Assembly: GCA_045586065.1 (NCBI GenBank)
Contig: JAZMZR010000019.1
Location: 26,337-90,336, forward strand
From: Candidatus Limivicinus sp.
GTDB lineage: Bacteria > Bacillota > Clostridia > Oscillospirales > Oscillospiraceae
Direction: 5' to 3'
Length of the DNA stretch: 64,000 bases
The translations under genes were made by a program, and so were the position numbers. Under the pieces are notes generated by a model. That model was not told where the DNA came from. It was given only the letters and a program-made list of their open reading frames with translations, and ran no database searches. The first letter of the stretch is position 1; every line of letters begins with the position of its first letter. Positions 45,563-54,727 of this stretch are shown here, one piece after another.

Positions 45563-46111
45563 TTACAGTTCGTATTTTTCCCGGATCCTTTTCAGCTTGA
45601 GCCCGCAGTACACAATAAGAAAGATATATAGTCCAAACAACACCCCAAAGAGTATCCCGAAGAACATTTCCGCGCCTCCGTAATAATCCCCGGAGAACGC
45701 TCTCACAAAATTGGGAATGACACAGCAGAAGAATATAATGCACAGCGGCAGCAGCCTTGTTTTGACGATATGGCTCACCATTTCAACACGGGACGCATTG
45801 TCCGAAAACAGTTCGCCGTCCTCCTCCGTTTCAGCGGCAGACGCCGGTTTTCTGAAATACAGCCATCCGAAGCATTTCCCGCAGTATTCCCAGCCGAAAT
45901 CCTTCAGCATCTGCATGTATTCCGCCGTCTGATCTGCATTCTTATAATCCAGCCTGTATATGACATCCTCCGGTTCGCAGGATTCAAACACAAAGAAGCA
46001 GGGAGGAACCATCTTAACGAGCTTCCAGCCTTTCCTGTGCTGCTCTCTGAGCCAGATCTCCTCCTCTTCAAAATCGGCAATCGTGAAGAAATGTAAAAGT
46101 GTTTTACGCAT
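45563..46111 (-). CDS. DUF2812 membrane protein
   Basis: 182 aa with N-terminal DFEEEEIWLREQHRKGWKL and C-terminal TM helices. It forms the usual pair with the upstream PadR gene (8-nt overlap). Confidence 0.7.
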   Translation of the reverse strand: MRKTLLHFFTIADFEEEEIWLREQHRKGWKLVKMVPPCFFVFESCEPEDVIYRLDYKNADQTAEYMQMLKDFGWEYCGKCFGWLYFRKPASAAETEEDGELFSDNASRVEMVSHIVKTRLLPLCIIFFCCVIPNFVRAFSGDYYGGAEMFFGILFGVLFGLYIFLIVYCGLKLKRIREKYEL

Positions 46112-46427
46112 CGACGTTCTCTCCTTTGCTGTTCTTATAGAGTCTCTCTATCCGTTTGATCTCCGTTTCCAGTATTTCTCTGCCCAGTTCCGTGACCTGA
46201 TACAGTTTTCGCTTTTCTTCTTCCCGGCAGAACCGGATCAGTCCGTCCGTTTCCATCTTCGAGAGCGTTCCGTACATGGTGCCGGCACTGATCGTAACTG
46301 CGCCACCGGACATTCTCTTTACCTGCTGGCTGATGCCGTATCCGTGCTGCGGCTCCTGCAGGCAGAAAAGAATATAGAAACCGGACTCCGTCATCGGAAC
46401 GTATATTCTTTTTATCCTGTCGTCCAT
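46104..46427 (-). CDS. PadR-family transcriptional regulator
   Basis: 107 aa with the wHTH pattern GYGISQQVKRMSGGAVTISAGTMYGTLSKME. Confidence 0.9.
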   Translation of the reverse strand: MDDRIKRIYVPMTESGFYILFCLQEPQHGYGISQQVKRMSGGAVTISAGTMYGTLSKMETDGLIRFCREEEKRKLYQVTELGREILETEIKRIERLYKNSKGENVDA

Positions 46428-46448
46428 AAATCCTCCTGACTATCTGAC

Positions 46449-46502
46449 CTCGATATATCGAACTGCGATATATAATATATCGAACCTCGATGTATTTGTC
46501 AA
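46449..46502 (-). promoter_or_regulatory. Promoter of the PadR operon with AT-rich palindromes (candidate PadR operator)
   Basis: Minus strand: TTGACA, 17 nt, TATATT. The 12-bp perfect palindrome tcgatatatcga, the 17-bp near-palindrome cgatatataatatatcg and a direct repeat atatatcgaac x2 overlap or follow the -10. Confidence 0.55.
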
Positions 46503-46570
46503 GAGGTTTTTGCAAAAAAATATCAGCCCGCTCTTTACGGGCTGATAACTTCTTATACGCTGTCAGTTAT

Positions 46571-47050
46571 TCACTTGTTCAGCAGATCTTGATGATCCCG
46601 GAAGTAATACATAAGATTCAGGCTGCCAGGCGCGTCCTCATCCACATAGCCTGTGTCTGTAAACCCGGTTTTTTCGTATACGCGCAATGCCGCTTTATCC
46701 TCTCTTTTGACGCAGACTTCGACACAATCGTACTTCCTCTCCTTTTCAAGCTCTGCCAGGATCATTCGCAGCGCTTCCGTGCCGAAGCCTCTGCCCTGAT
46801 ACCGTCTGTCGATCATGAACTGCTGCAGATCGTAGCAGGCTGGCTCCTCATCCAGGTCCTTCACCAGAGCGACCCCGATGACGGTGTCATCATCCGCAAT
46901 CCCGATCACCTGCGCACGGCTGGCGCGGTAGACATAGCCTCTCGCCAGTATGCCGAGAGGACTGTCCAGAAAGGCTTTCTGATCGTCATCGACCGTCAGT
47001 CTGACAATATCCGGCCAGTTTTGTTCGTTAACTTCAATCAGTCTGAGCAT
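46571..47050 (-). CDS. GNAT-family N-acetyltransferase
   Basis: 159 aa from ATG 47050 with an AGGAGGA SD. Acetyl-CoA motif QGRGFGTEALR. The track's extension to 47200 is non-coding-like. Confidence 0.85.
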   Translation of the reverse strand: MLRLIEVNEQNWPDIVRLTVDDDQKAFLDSPLGILARGYVYRASRAQVIGIADDDTVIGVALVKDLDEEPACYDLQQFMIDRRYQGRGFGTEALRMILAELEKERKYDCVEVCVKREDKAALRVYEKTGFTDTGYVDEDAPGSLNLMYYFRDHQDLLNK

Positions 47051-47315
47051 GATCTCATCCTCCTTGCGGAATGCAGCGGAAAAAGGCGATAGACGAACAG
47101 GATATCCTGTGCTATAATAAGCCGAAATCTGAAAGGATGCAATCGCAAACGGGAAAATGATCAAAAAACGTCGTTGATAAGTGCTGCAATTGATGAACAA
47201 TGATCAGAAGGGCCGGATAAGCCCTCGGCTTTGCATGCATATTGTCAAACGGCGATCTTTCTTTTTCCCTGCAGCAAGAAGTGCATTCTTGTCTCTGTAG
47301 GAATATGGAATGATT

Positions 47316-47347
47316 GCATTTGTCTGCATGCAGACAAATGCTTTTTT
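47316..47347 (+). promoter_or_regulatory. 26-nt perfect palindrome plus T6 immediately upstream of the MFS gene SD (leader terminator/attenuator candidate)
   Basis: gcatttgtctgcatgcagacaaatgc (47316-47341) is followed by tttttt. GGAG follows at 47350-47353 and ATG at 47361. Confidence 0.5.
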
Positions 47348-47360
47348 ACGGAGAATTCCT

Positions 47361-48611
47361 ATGAGTAATAAATCGAATCCCCTCTGGACCAGGGATTTTA
47401 CAATCATAACGCTCGGCAGCGTCGTTTCCATGTTCGGCAACGCCATGTCCGGCTTTGCCATGAGCCTCATGGTCCTGGACATATCCGAATCGACTCTGCT
47501 CTATTCGATCTATATCGCCATGTTCACCCTGCCGCAGCTGATCATGCCGATCCTTTCCGGGGCGCTGCTCGACCGCTTTTCGCGAAAGAAGACGATCTAC
47601 ACGCTGGACTTCATTTCGGCAGGCCTGTATCTGCTGATGTCGGCGGTCCTGGCGTCGGGGTGGTTCTCCTTCCCCGTGTTTGCCGTCTACTGCTTTATCC
47701 TCGGGTCGATCCAGAGCATATACATCGTAGCCTATGAGAGCTTCTATCCGCTGCTGATCAGCGAAGGCAACTATCAGAAGGCCTACTCCATTGCCAGCGT
47801 GCTTGAGACTCTTTCCGCGGTGATGGTTCCCGTCTCCACTTTTCTTTACGGGAAGATCGGGCTCTCACCTCTGCTGCTGGTAAACGGCATCTGCTTCTTT
47901 ATCGCCGCCGTCATGGAGACCCAGATCGGGGCGGAGGAGCATTACATTGAAACACAGCAGGCCACAAAGCTGGAGGGCCACCATCCCGTCCGGCAGATGC
48001 TGTCGGATATACGGGAAGGCTTCCGGTATCTGTCGGAGGAAAAGGGCCTGCTGGCCATCGCCGCATACTTCGCCTTTTCCGCGATCTGCGGAGGCGTCTC
48101 GGCCGTGATCGTGCTCCCCTATTTCAAGAGCACTTTCACCAACGGCGAATACTGGTTCATGTTCGTGATGGCCTTCTCGCTTGCCGGCAGGGCGATCGGC
48201 GGGATGATCCATTACCGGCTGAAGATCCCGGCTGCATACCGGTACGCCATCGCTTTGACGGTCTATGTGGTCATTTCCGTATGTGAAGGGATCTACCTGT
48301 TCTTCTCCTTCCCGGTCATGATGCTGCTTTGCTTTATTGTGGGGATCGGCGGGGTCACCAGTTATACCATCCGCATTTCCGCCACGCAGAGCTATGTGCC
48401 GGACGAGAAGAAGGGCCGCTTCAACGGCGCGTTCAATATGCTTTCCACGGTGGGTGCCCTGATCGGGGAGTTTGCCGCCGGGATCCTTACGGAGAGCTTT
48501 TCCGAACGGGTCATCCTGCTCACGGCTATGCTCCTGTGCGCACTGGCTGCCGTCGTCTTCATCGGCGGAGGGAAGAGGCACGTGGAGCTCATCTACAACC
48601 GCACAGAATAA
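47361..48611 (+). CDS. MFS transporter (MFS_3 / EntS-like efflux type)
   Basis: 416 aa from ATG 47361, about 12 TM, with N-terminal NPLWTRDFTIITLGSVVSMFGN typical of this subfamily. Confidence 0.88.
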   Translation: MSNKSNPLWTRDFTIITLGSVVSMFGNAMSGFAMSLMVLDISESTLLYSIYIAMFTLPQLIMPILSGALLDRFSRKKTIYTLDFISAGLYLLMSAVLASGWFSFPVFAVYCFILGSIQSIYIVAYESFYPLLISEGNYQKAYSIASVLETLSAVMVPVSTFLYGKIGLSPLLLVNGICFFIAAVMETQIGAEEHYIETQQATKLEGHHPVRQMLSDIREGFRYLSEEKGLLAIAAYFAFSAICGGVSAVIVLPYFKSTFTNGEYWFMFVMAFSLAGRAIGGMIHYRLKIPAAYRYAIALTVYVVISVCEGIYLFFSFPVMMLLCFIVGIGGVTSYTIRISATQSYVPDEKKGRFNGAFNMLSTVGALIGEFAAGILTESFSERVILLTAMLLCALAAVVFIGGGKRHVELIYNRTE

Positions 48612-48617
48612 AGACAA

Positions 48618-48659
48618 AAGCCCTTCGCCGCGGGAATGCGGCGAAGGGCTTGCTTTTTT
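48618..48659. terminator. Bidirectional intrinsic terminator
   Basis: The 14-bp perfect stem aagcccttcgccgc / gcggcgaagggctt has T-runs on both strands. Confidence 0.8.
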
Positions 48660-48682
48660 CTTTTATCGGACGGACCTGCGTT

Positions 48683-49663
48683 TTACTCCCACTCGATGGT
48701 AGCGACGGGCTTGGGAGAGAGATCGTAGAGGACTCTGTTCACGCCCTTGACCTCGGCGAGGATCCTGTTGGTGATATGGCCGAGGAGGGCATAGGGGATC
48801 TCCTCAATGGTGGCGCTGGTGGCGTCGATGCTGTTGACGGCACGGATGACCACGGGCCAGTCGTAGGTGCGCTTGTTGTCCTTGATGCCGGTGGACTTGA
48901 AGTCGGGAACGATGGTGAAGTACTGCCAGACCTTGCCCTCAAGACCGTTCTTCGCAAACTCCTCCCGGAGGATGGCGTCGGACTCGCGGACTGCCTCGAG
49001 GCGGTCACGGGTGATGGCGCCGACGCAGCGGACGCCGAGGCCGGGGCCGGGGAAGGGCTGACGGTAGACCATGCTGTCGGGCAGGCCGAGGGCCTTGCCG
49101 ACGACTCTGACCTCGTCCTTATAGAGGAACTTGACCGGTTCGACCAGCTCGAACTTCAGATCCTCCGGAAGGCCGCCCACATTGTGGTGCGCCTTGACGC
49201 CGACGGACTCGAGGATGTCCGGGTAGATGGTGCCCTGACCGAGGAATTCGATGCCGTCGAGCTTCTTGGCCTCCTCGGCGAACACATCGATGAATTCCTT
49301 GCCGATGATCTTCCGCTTGGTCTCGGGATCGGACACGCCGGCGAGCTTATCCAGGAATCTGTCCACCGCATCGACATATATGAGGTTTGCCTTCATCTGG
49401 TTGCGGAATACTTCGATGACCTGCTCCGGCTCGCCTTTTCTCAGCAGGCCGTGGTTCACGTGGACACAGGTGAGCTGATTGCCCACCGCACGGATCAGAA
49501 GGGCCGCCACCACGGAAGAGTCCACTCCTCCGGAAAGGGCGAGGAGAACCTTTTTGTCTCCTATCTGATCGCGCAGGGCCTTGATCTGCTCCTCGATAAA
49601 AGCGTTCGCCAGTTCAGGGGTATTGATGCGTTTCAGGCTTTCGGGTCTGACATTATCGGCCAT
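48683..49663 (-). CDS. guaA: GMP synthase ATP-pyrophosphatase subunit (GuaA C-terminal domains only, no glutaminase domain)
   Basis: 326 aa from ATG 49663 with a GGAGGA SD. It has PP-loop SGGVDSSV, a dimerisation domain and the canonical ending ATIEWE. There is no GATase sequence upstream. Confidence 0.9.
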   Translation of the reverse strand: MADNVRPESLKRINTPELANAFIEEQIKALRDQIGDKKVLLALSGGVDSSVVAALLIRAVGNQLTCVHVNHGLLRKGEPEQVIEVFRNQMKANLIYVDAVDRFLDKLAGVSDPETKRKIIGKEFIDVFAEEAKKLDGIEFLGQGTIYPDILESVGVKAHHNVGGLPEDLKFELVEPVKFLYKDEVRVVGKALGLPDSMVYRQPFPGPGLGVRCVGAITRDRLEAVRESDAILREEFAKNGLEGKVWQYFTIVPDFKSTGIKDNKRTYDWPVVIRAVNSIDATSATIEEIPYALLGHITNRILAEVKGVNRVLYDLSPKPVATIEWE

Positions 49664-49697
49664 GGTCTGTTCCTCCGTTATTCTTTTTATGAAAGAG

Positions 49698-49726
49698 ATT
49701 ATAGCTTTGTCAGTTAAGCATTGCAA
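49698..49726 (-). promoter_or_regulatory. Putative sigma-A promoter of the guaA-like gene
   Basis: Minus strand: TTGCAA, 17 nt, TATAAT. The leader is only about 27 nt. Confidence 0.55.
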
Positions 49727-49801
49727 CAAGCGGATCGTGTTTCCGCTTATTTTTATGAAATGTAACAACACAGGGCCTTTTCCGGCCCTGTGCTCTTGTT
49801 C

Positions 49802-51241
49802 TTATTTTTTCCTCCACATGGCCGGCATCACAAGGACCAGCAGCGGATAGATCTCCAGTCTGCCCAGCAGCATGGCAATGGTCATGACGATCTTGGAGAA
49901 ATCCGAGAAGATCGCAAAGTTCCCGGCAGGCCCGACGAGAGAAAGACCGGGGCCGATGTTCGACAGGCAGGAGACGGCGGCGGTGAAGTTCGTCGTCACG
50001 TCGAAGCCGTCGATGGAAACGAGGAGCGTGGTCAGCAGCAGGGCAAGCATGTAGATGGCAAAATACGTGTTGCAGGCCCGGACCGTTTCCGAATCGACAC
50101 GCTTTCTGTCCAGTCTCACCACGTTCACGCTGCGGGGGGAGATCATCTGGGCGATATCCGCATACGCGGATTTCGCGACCACCATGATCCTCGACACCTT
50201 CATGCCGCCGCCGGTGCTGCCGGCGCAGCCGCCCATGAACATGATCGCGACGAGCATGGCCTGCGCCAGGGCCGGCCACTGCGTGAAGTCCGCGTTTCCG
50301 AAGCCCGTGGTACTGACCACGGTGGCCACGTTGAAGAACGAATACCGAAGCGACCTGAAGAAGCCGCCGTAGATCTTCGAGATGAGGATCGCTATGATCA
50401 CGGCCGCGGAAACGACGATCCCGAGATAGACATGGAGCTCCTCGCTCTTCAGCGCGTCCTTGAACTTGCCGATGAGCATCAGGAAATACAGGTTGAAGTT
50501 CACGCCGAAGAGGATCATGAACACGGTGATGACGATATCGATATAGGCGCTGTTGTAGGCGCCGATGGAGGCTCCGCGTGTGGAGAAGCCGCCGGTGCCT
50601 GCGGTGGCGAAGGCATGGAGGATCGCATCGAAGAAGCTCATGCCGCCGCAGAGGAGCAGGATGGCTTCCAGGACCGTCAGGCCGAGATAGATCACATAGA
50701 GGATCATGGCGGTCTTCCGGACTCTGGGAACGAGCTTTCCGACGGTGGGTCCGGGGACCTCGGCCCGCATGATGTGCATGGAGTGCTCGCCGCTCATGGG
50801 CATGACCGCCATGAGGAACACGAGCATACCCATGCCTCCGATCCAGTGGGTGAAGCTTCTCCAGAACAGGCCGCTTCTCGTGAGGCCCTCAATGTCGTTG
50901 AGGATGGAGGCGCCGGTGGTGGTGAAGCCGGAGGCGGTCTCAAAGACCGCGTCGATATAGCTGGGGATATCCCCGCTGATCACAAAGGGCAGCGCCCCCA
51001 GAAGGGACATGAGCAGCCAGGAGATGCCCACGATGGCGAAGCCGTCCCTCGCGAAAAGGTTCTGGCTCCGGGGTTTTACGCGGGACATGGCAAAGCCGAT
51101 GGCAGCCGTGCAGCCGATGGTGATCACGAAATTCAGAACGTTCTCCCTGTACCACAATCCCGCGATCAGCGGCAACAGCATCAGCGCCGCTATGATCAGC
51201 AGGACATAGCCGAGAACGCGGCAGATCATTCGGTAGTTCAT
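49802..51241 (-). CDS. trkH: Trk-type potassium uptake protein TrkH
   Basis: 479 aa, polytopic, with repeated M1-P-M2 pattern and GFTTTG/GFGN-type selectivity motifs. Confidence 0.93.
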   Translation of the reverse strand: MNYRMICRVLGYVLLIIAALMLLPLIAGLWYRENVLNFVITIGCTAAIGFAMSRVKPRSQNLFARDGFAIVGISWLLMSLLGALPFVISGDIPSYIDAVFETASGFTTTGASILNDIEGLTRSGLFWRSFTHWIGGMGMLVFLMAVMPMSGEHSMHIMRAEVPGPTVGKLVPRVRKTAMILYVIYLGLTVLEAILLLCGGMSFFDAILHAFATAGTGGFSTRGASIGAYNSAYIDIVITVFMILFGVNFNLYFLMLIGKFKDALKSEELHVYLGIVVSAAVIIAILISKIYGGFFRSLRYSFFNVATVVSTTGFGNADFTQWPALAQAMLVAIMFMGGCAGSTGGGMKVSRIMVVAKSAYADIAQMISPRSVNVVRLDRKRVDSETVRACNTYFAIYMLALLLTTLLVSIDGFDVTTNFTAAVSCLSNIGPGLSLVGPAGNFAIFSDFSKIVMTIAMLLGRLEIYPLLVLVMPAMWRKK

Positions 51242-52611
51242 CCGGCAGATTCCTCAATGATGGAGTCCAGGTCGTTGAGCTTTCCGGCCGCGGTGATGAC
51301 AATGACATGGTCCCCTTCCTCGATCACCGAAGCGCCGTTGGGGATATGGGCCTTGGAGCCGTGTATGATCGCGGCCACGATCATATCCTTCCGGATCTTC
51401 ATATCCTTCAGCGGGACGCCGATGCACTTCGAGCCTTTGCTGACCTTGAACTCCAGCGCCTCCGCCTTGCCGTCGGCGATCCGGTAGAGAGATTCCATGC
51501 CGCCTGTCTGGGAGCTGTCCATGGCCCTCACATACCGGGCTATCTGCTGCGCGATGACGTTTTTCGGCGTGACCAGGCTGTCGAGGACCGTCTTGTCGAT
51601 GATCTCCGAATAGTGGTCCCGGTTCACCTTCGTGACGATCTTCTCCACGCCGCATTTTGCGGCGTAAAGGGAGGTGACGATATTGTCGCCGTCATCGCCG
51701 GTGAGTGCGACGAAGCCGCCCATTTTATGGATGTTCTCTTCCAGAAGGACTTCGTTGCTGGTGCCGTCCGCGCAGATGACGTGCGCACTCGGAACGAGAT
51801 CGCAGATCCTCTCGCACTGCTCCCTGTCCATCTCGATGATGGTGACGTCAATATCCGAATCGATGAGGAGGGAGGCCAGATATACGCTGATCCTGCCGCC
51901 GCCCATGATGATGGCGTCCTTGATCGGCCGGCGGTATTCCCCGGCCGAAATGAAGAACTTCCGGACCTCGCCGGAGGGTCCCGTGATCTCAAGCGTGTCG
52001 CCGCCCTTCAGAACGAAATCGCCGTTGGGAACGAAGACCTGCTCTCCCCTCTTCACGACCCCCACCAGGACCTTTGCATGGAACATGCGTTCCAGATCCT
52101 TCAGCTGCACACCGTCCAGCTTTCCTTTTTCGCGGACATGGTGCTCGACAAGCTCGGTGCTGCTCTTGGAGAAGATCTCGACCCTCGCGGCACTGGGGAA
52201 ACGGAGGATCCTGGAGATCTCCTTGGCGCACTCGTATTCGGGGTTGATGATGAAGGTAATGCCCAGCGCATCCCGGAGGAATTCGCTCTGCTTCATATAC
52301 TCCGTCTCCCGCACGCGGACGATCACGTCCTTTGTGCCGAGATTTTTCGCAGAGATGCCGCAGACCATATTGACCTCGTCCTGCTGCGTGGCCGCGATGA
52401 GAAGGTCCGCGGTCTCCGCGCCGGCTTCGATCAGCGTTTCCGCTATGGTGGCATTTCCTTCCACGCATATGACGTCATAAGCGTTTGACGCATGATAGAT
52501 GGTATCGGCGTTTCTGTCGATGAGCGTAATGTCGTGTCCCTCTTCGGACAGCACCTTCGTGAGCTCCAGGCCCACACGGCCGGCTCCCGCTATGATTATC
52601 TTCACGCACAT
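51238..52611 (-). CDS. trkA: Trk system NAD-binding protein TrkA
   Basis: 457 aa with two RCK_N Rossmann motifs (IIIAGAGRVG and IIMGGGRISV) plus RCK_C domains. A 4-nt overlap joins it to trkH. Confidence 0.93.
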   Translation of the reverse strand: MCVKIIIAGAGRVGLELTKVLSEEGHDITLIDRNADTIYHASNAYDVICVEGNATIAETLIEAGAETADLLIAATQQDEVNMVCGISAKNLGTKDVIVRVRETEYMKQSEFLRDALGITFIINPEYECAKEISRILRFPSAARVEIFSKSSTELVEHHVREKGKLDGVQLKDLERMFHAKVLVGVVKRGEQVFVPNGDFVLKGGDTLEITGPSGEVRKFFISAGEYRRPIKDAIIMGGGRISVYLASLLIDSDIDVTIIEMDREQCERICDLVPSAHVICADGTSNEVLLEENIHKMGGFVALTGDDGDNIVTSLYAAKCGVEKIVTKVNRDHYSEIIDKTVLDSLVTPKNVIAQQIARYVRAMDSSQTGGMESLYRIADGKAEALEFKVSKGSKCIGVPLKDMKIRKDMIVAAIIHGSKAHIPNGASVIEEGDHVIVITAAGKLNDLDSIIEESAG

Positions 52612-52745
52612 TCCTCCTTCGGATTCTTCTGACCAAACTAATGTTTGATTATATCACAGAACACCGTTTCTGTACAGTTTCATTCTCGTTGATTTGTTAT
52701 CGCGGATATGGTAGAATCATCGACGAAAAAGTGAGGTTTCAGGCT

Positions 52746-53417
52746 ATGTTCAACGGTTTTTCAAAAGAAACGGGCGAATTCATGTGGGAGCTCGCGTTCA
52801 ACAACGAGCGTCCCTGGTTCAACGCCCACAAGCAGGAATTCGAGACTTATCTGAACAGACCCTTCCGGGCGCTGGCGGCGGACACCTACGCGCTATTGAG
52901 CGAGCGGTTCCCCAAGCTCGACTTCCGGGTGCACGTCTCGCGGATCTACCGTGACGCGAGAAGGCTGTTCGGCAGGGGGCCCTACAAAGAGGCTCTCTGG
53001 TTCACCATCAGCCTGGACCGGTTCTCCTCCGACCCGGATAACGAGGGGCCGGCCTTCTGGTTCGAGATCAAGGCCTCCTCCTATGCCTACGGCATGGGCT
53101 ACTGGGGCTATCCGGGACAGATGGAATGCTTCCGGAAGACCGTTGACGCCAACCCCGCAGCCTTTGAGCGGCTGGCGGAGCAGATGGCCGCCCTGCCGGG
53201 ACTTCGGCTCGAGGGCGAGGATTACAAGCGGCCGAAGGCCGAGCGGACCGGACGGACCGCGGAATGGTACAACAAAAAGCATTTCTCGCTTACCCGGCAC
53301 GGCGATTTCGGCGGAGACCTGTTCTCGCCGGAGCTGCCGGAGATCCTGGCAGAGGCCTACGGCTCCATGATGCCCATGTTCCTGTTTTTATCCAATATCA
53401 GTTCCCGCGAGCCCTGA
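52746..53417 (+). CDS. DUF2461 (TIGR02453) family protein
   Basis: 223 aa from ATG 52746 with N-terminal MFNGFSKETGEFMWELAFNNERPWFNAHKQEFE. Confidence 0.8.
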   Translation: MFNGFSKETGEFMWELAFNNERPWFNAHKQEFETYLNRPFRALAADTYALLSERFPKLDFRVHVSRIYRDARRLFGRGPYKEALWFTISLDRFSSDPDNEGPAFWFEIKASSYAYGMGYWGYPGQMECFRKTVDANPAAFERLAEQMAALPGLRLEGEDYKRPKAERTGRTAEWYNKKHFSLTRHGDFGGDLFSPELPEILAEAYGSMMPMFLFLSNISSREP

Positions 53418-54648
53418 CTCCGGGACCGGCAGCACCGTCCGTGCTGCCTTTTTTTACGGTCTCTTTCACGATCCGGTCCATATCGTCCAGATGGAGCATC
53501 ATGTCCAGGAACAGCGAGAGCTGTTCCTTTGCTTTTTTCAGGTTCTGCCCCGGATACTCTATACGGAAGAACCGGTCGCCGGTCAGGTAGTCCTCGAGGT
53601 AGCGGGCAGCCAGCTCCAGGGTGATCACCGCGGCACCGGCGGAAAGCGAATCCAGCTCCTCTCCGGTGAGCACGCCGTCCAGTTCGGAAAGGAAGCCTTC
53701 GGCAAAGGCCCGGAAAAGTTCCAAATCCAGTTTCTTGCAGCCGGGCCGGGCTTCATCCGCCCTGCAGGCGGCAAAGCGGACCGCGTCGCCGAAATCGCAG
53801 CAGACGAGGCCGGGCATGCAGTTATCCAGATCGATGACCACGAGCGGCTCATGGGTGAGCCTGTCAAAAAGGACATTGTTCGTTTTCGTATCGTTATGGA
53901 CGACGCGCAGGGGCAGCTCTCCCGCCGCACGCTTCCGGCACAGGGTCCCGGCAAAGGAGCGGTATTTCCTTATGAGCTCCGTCTCCTCCTCCGCTTCCGC
54001 CGCCCTGCCGAGCGGATCGCGCTCCGCAGCGGCAAAGAGGGAATCGAGGCAGACTTCCGTATCATGGAAATGCGGGATGGTCTCCGCAAGAAGGGAGGGA
54101 TCGAGATCCGTCAGCTGCCTGTCGAAGCTTCCGAAGGCTCTGCCCGCCATGCGGAGGACCTCCGCATCCCCTTCCATGGATTCAAAGGAGACCGAATCCA
54201 CGATGAAATCCGCCAGCCGCCAGAACTCCCAGCCCGCTTCCCAGGGCTCCTCCCCGAGCGCCGCAGTCCTCTGCTCCTCGGGCAGCTCCTCCAGATCGGT
54301 AAAGCCTTCTTCCGTTTCCCGGAGAATCAGGTAGTTCCGCCCGGAACCCGTCCGGTAATACCTCAGGTTCCTGCGCTTATCCGGGGCTCCCTGCTTCTCC
54401 AGAACATGGCCTGTGATCCGCTCGATATTCCGCATCAGAGACACGGGGTCCCGGTACACGTACCAGTTGACCTTCTGGACCAGATACTGCCGGACTTCCC
54501 TTCCGTCATACAGCGCGGCATACCAGGCCGAGTTGATATGCCCGGTGGAGATCCATCGGGAGATCACCAGCTCGCCGGGAAGTGCGAACTTCCCGCATAT
54601 ATATGAAAGCTTTTCCTCTGTTTTTTCCGGTTTCATTCTTTTTCTCAC
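53398..54648 (-). CDS. Aminoglycoside-phosphotransferase-fold kinase, N-acetylhexosamine-1-kinase-like
   Basis: 416 aa with catalytic loop VVHNDTKTNNVLFD and VVIDLDNCMPG. The 3' end overlaps the convergent DUF2461 gene by 20 nt. Confidence 0.7.
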   Translation of the reverse strand: MRKRMKPEKTEEKLSYICGKFALPGELVISRWISTGHINSAWYAALYDGREVRQYLVQKVNWYVYRDPVSLMRNIERITGHVLEKQGAPDKRRNLRYYRTGSGRNYLILRETEEGFTDLEELPEEQRTAALGEEPWEAGWEFWRLADFIVDSVSFESMEGDAEVLRMAGRAFGSFDRQLTDLDPSLLAETIPHFHDTEVCLDSLFAAAERDPLGRAAEAEEETELIRKYRSFAGTLCRKRAAGELPLRVVHNDTKTNNVLFDRLTHEPLVVIDLDNCMPGLVCCDFGDAVRFAACRADEARPGCKKLDLELFRAFAEGFLSELDGVLTGEELDSLSAGAAVITLELAARYLEDYLTGDRFFRIEYPGQNLKKAKEQLSLFLDMMLHLDDMDRIVKETVKKGSTDGAAGPGVRARGN

Positions 54649-54727
54649 CCGTCAAAAATCCACGTTCCCCGGTATTCTACCGCAAAAGTCGGCTTTCTTC
54701 CAGCAGAAAATCTTCTGTCCGGTCATT

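Noticed and set aside
47204-47482. 92-aa minus-strand ORF in the GNAT/MFS intergenic region
   Set aside because: It has no SD, overlaps the MFS start and the leader palindrome, and its composition is not protein-like.
49664-49801. Possible purine riboswitch upstream of the guaA-like gene
   Set aside because: The promoter-like -10 lies only about 35 nt from the ATG, so the leader is too short. I could not find the conserved purine-riboswitch junction sequences.
49790-51487. 565-aa plus-strand ORF, the longest unexplained ORF in the track
   Set aside because: It lies entirely antisense to trkH/trkA, which have clear family motifs. Its translation is low-complexity (D/E/G/H/R-rich) with no SD. 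This is a typical antisense open frame in high-GC DNA.
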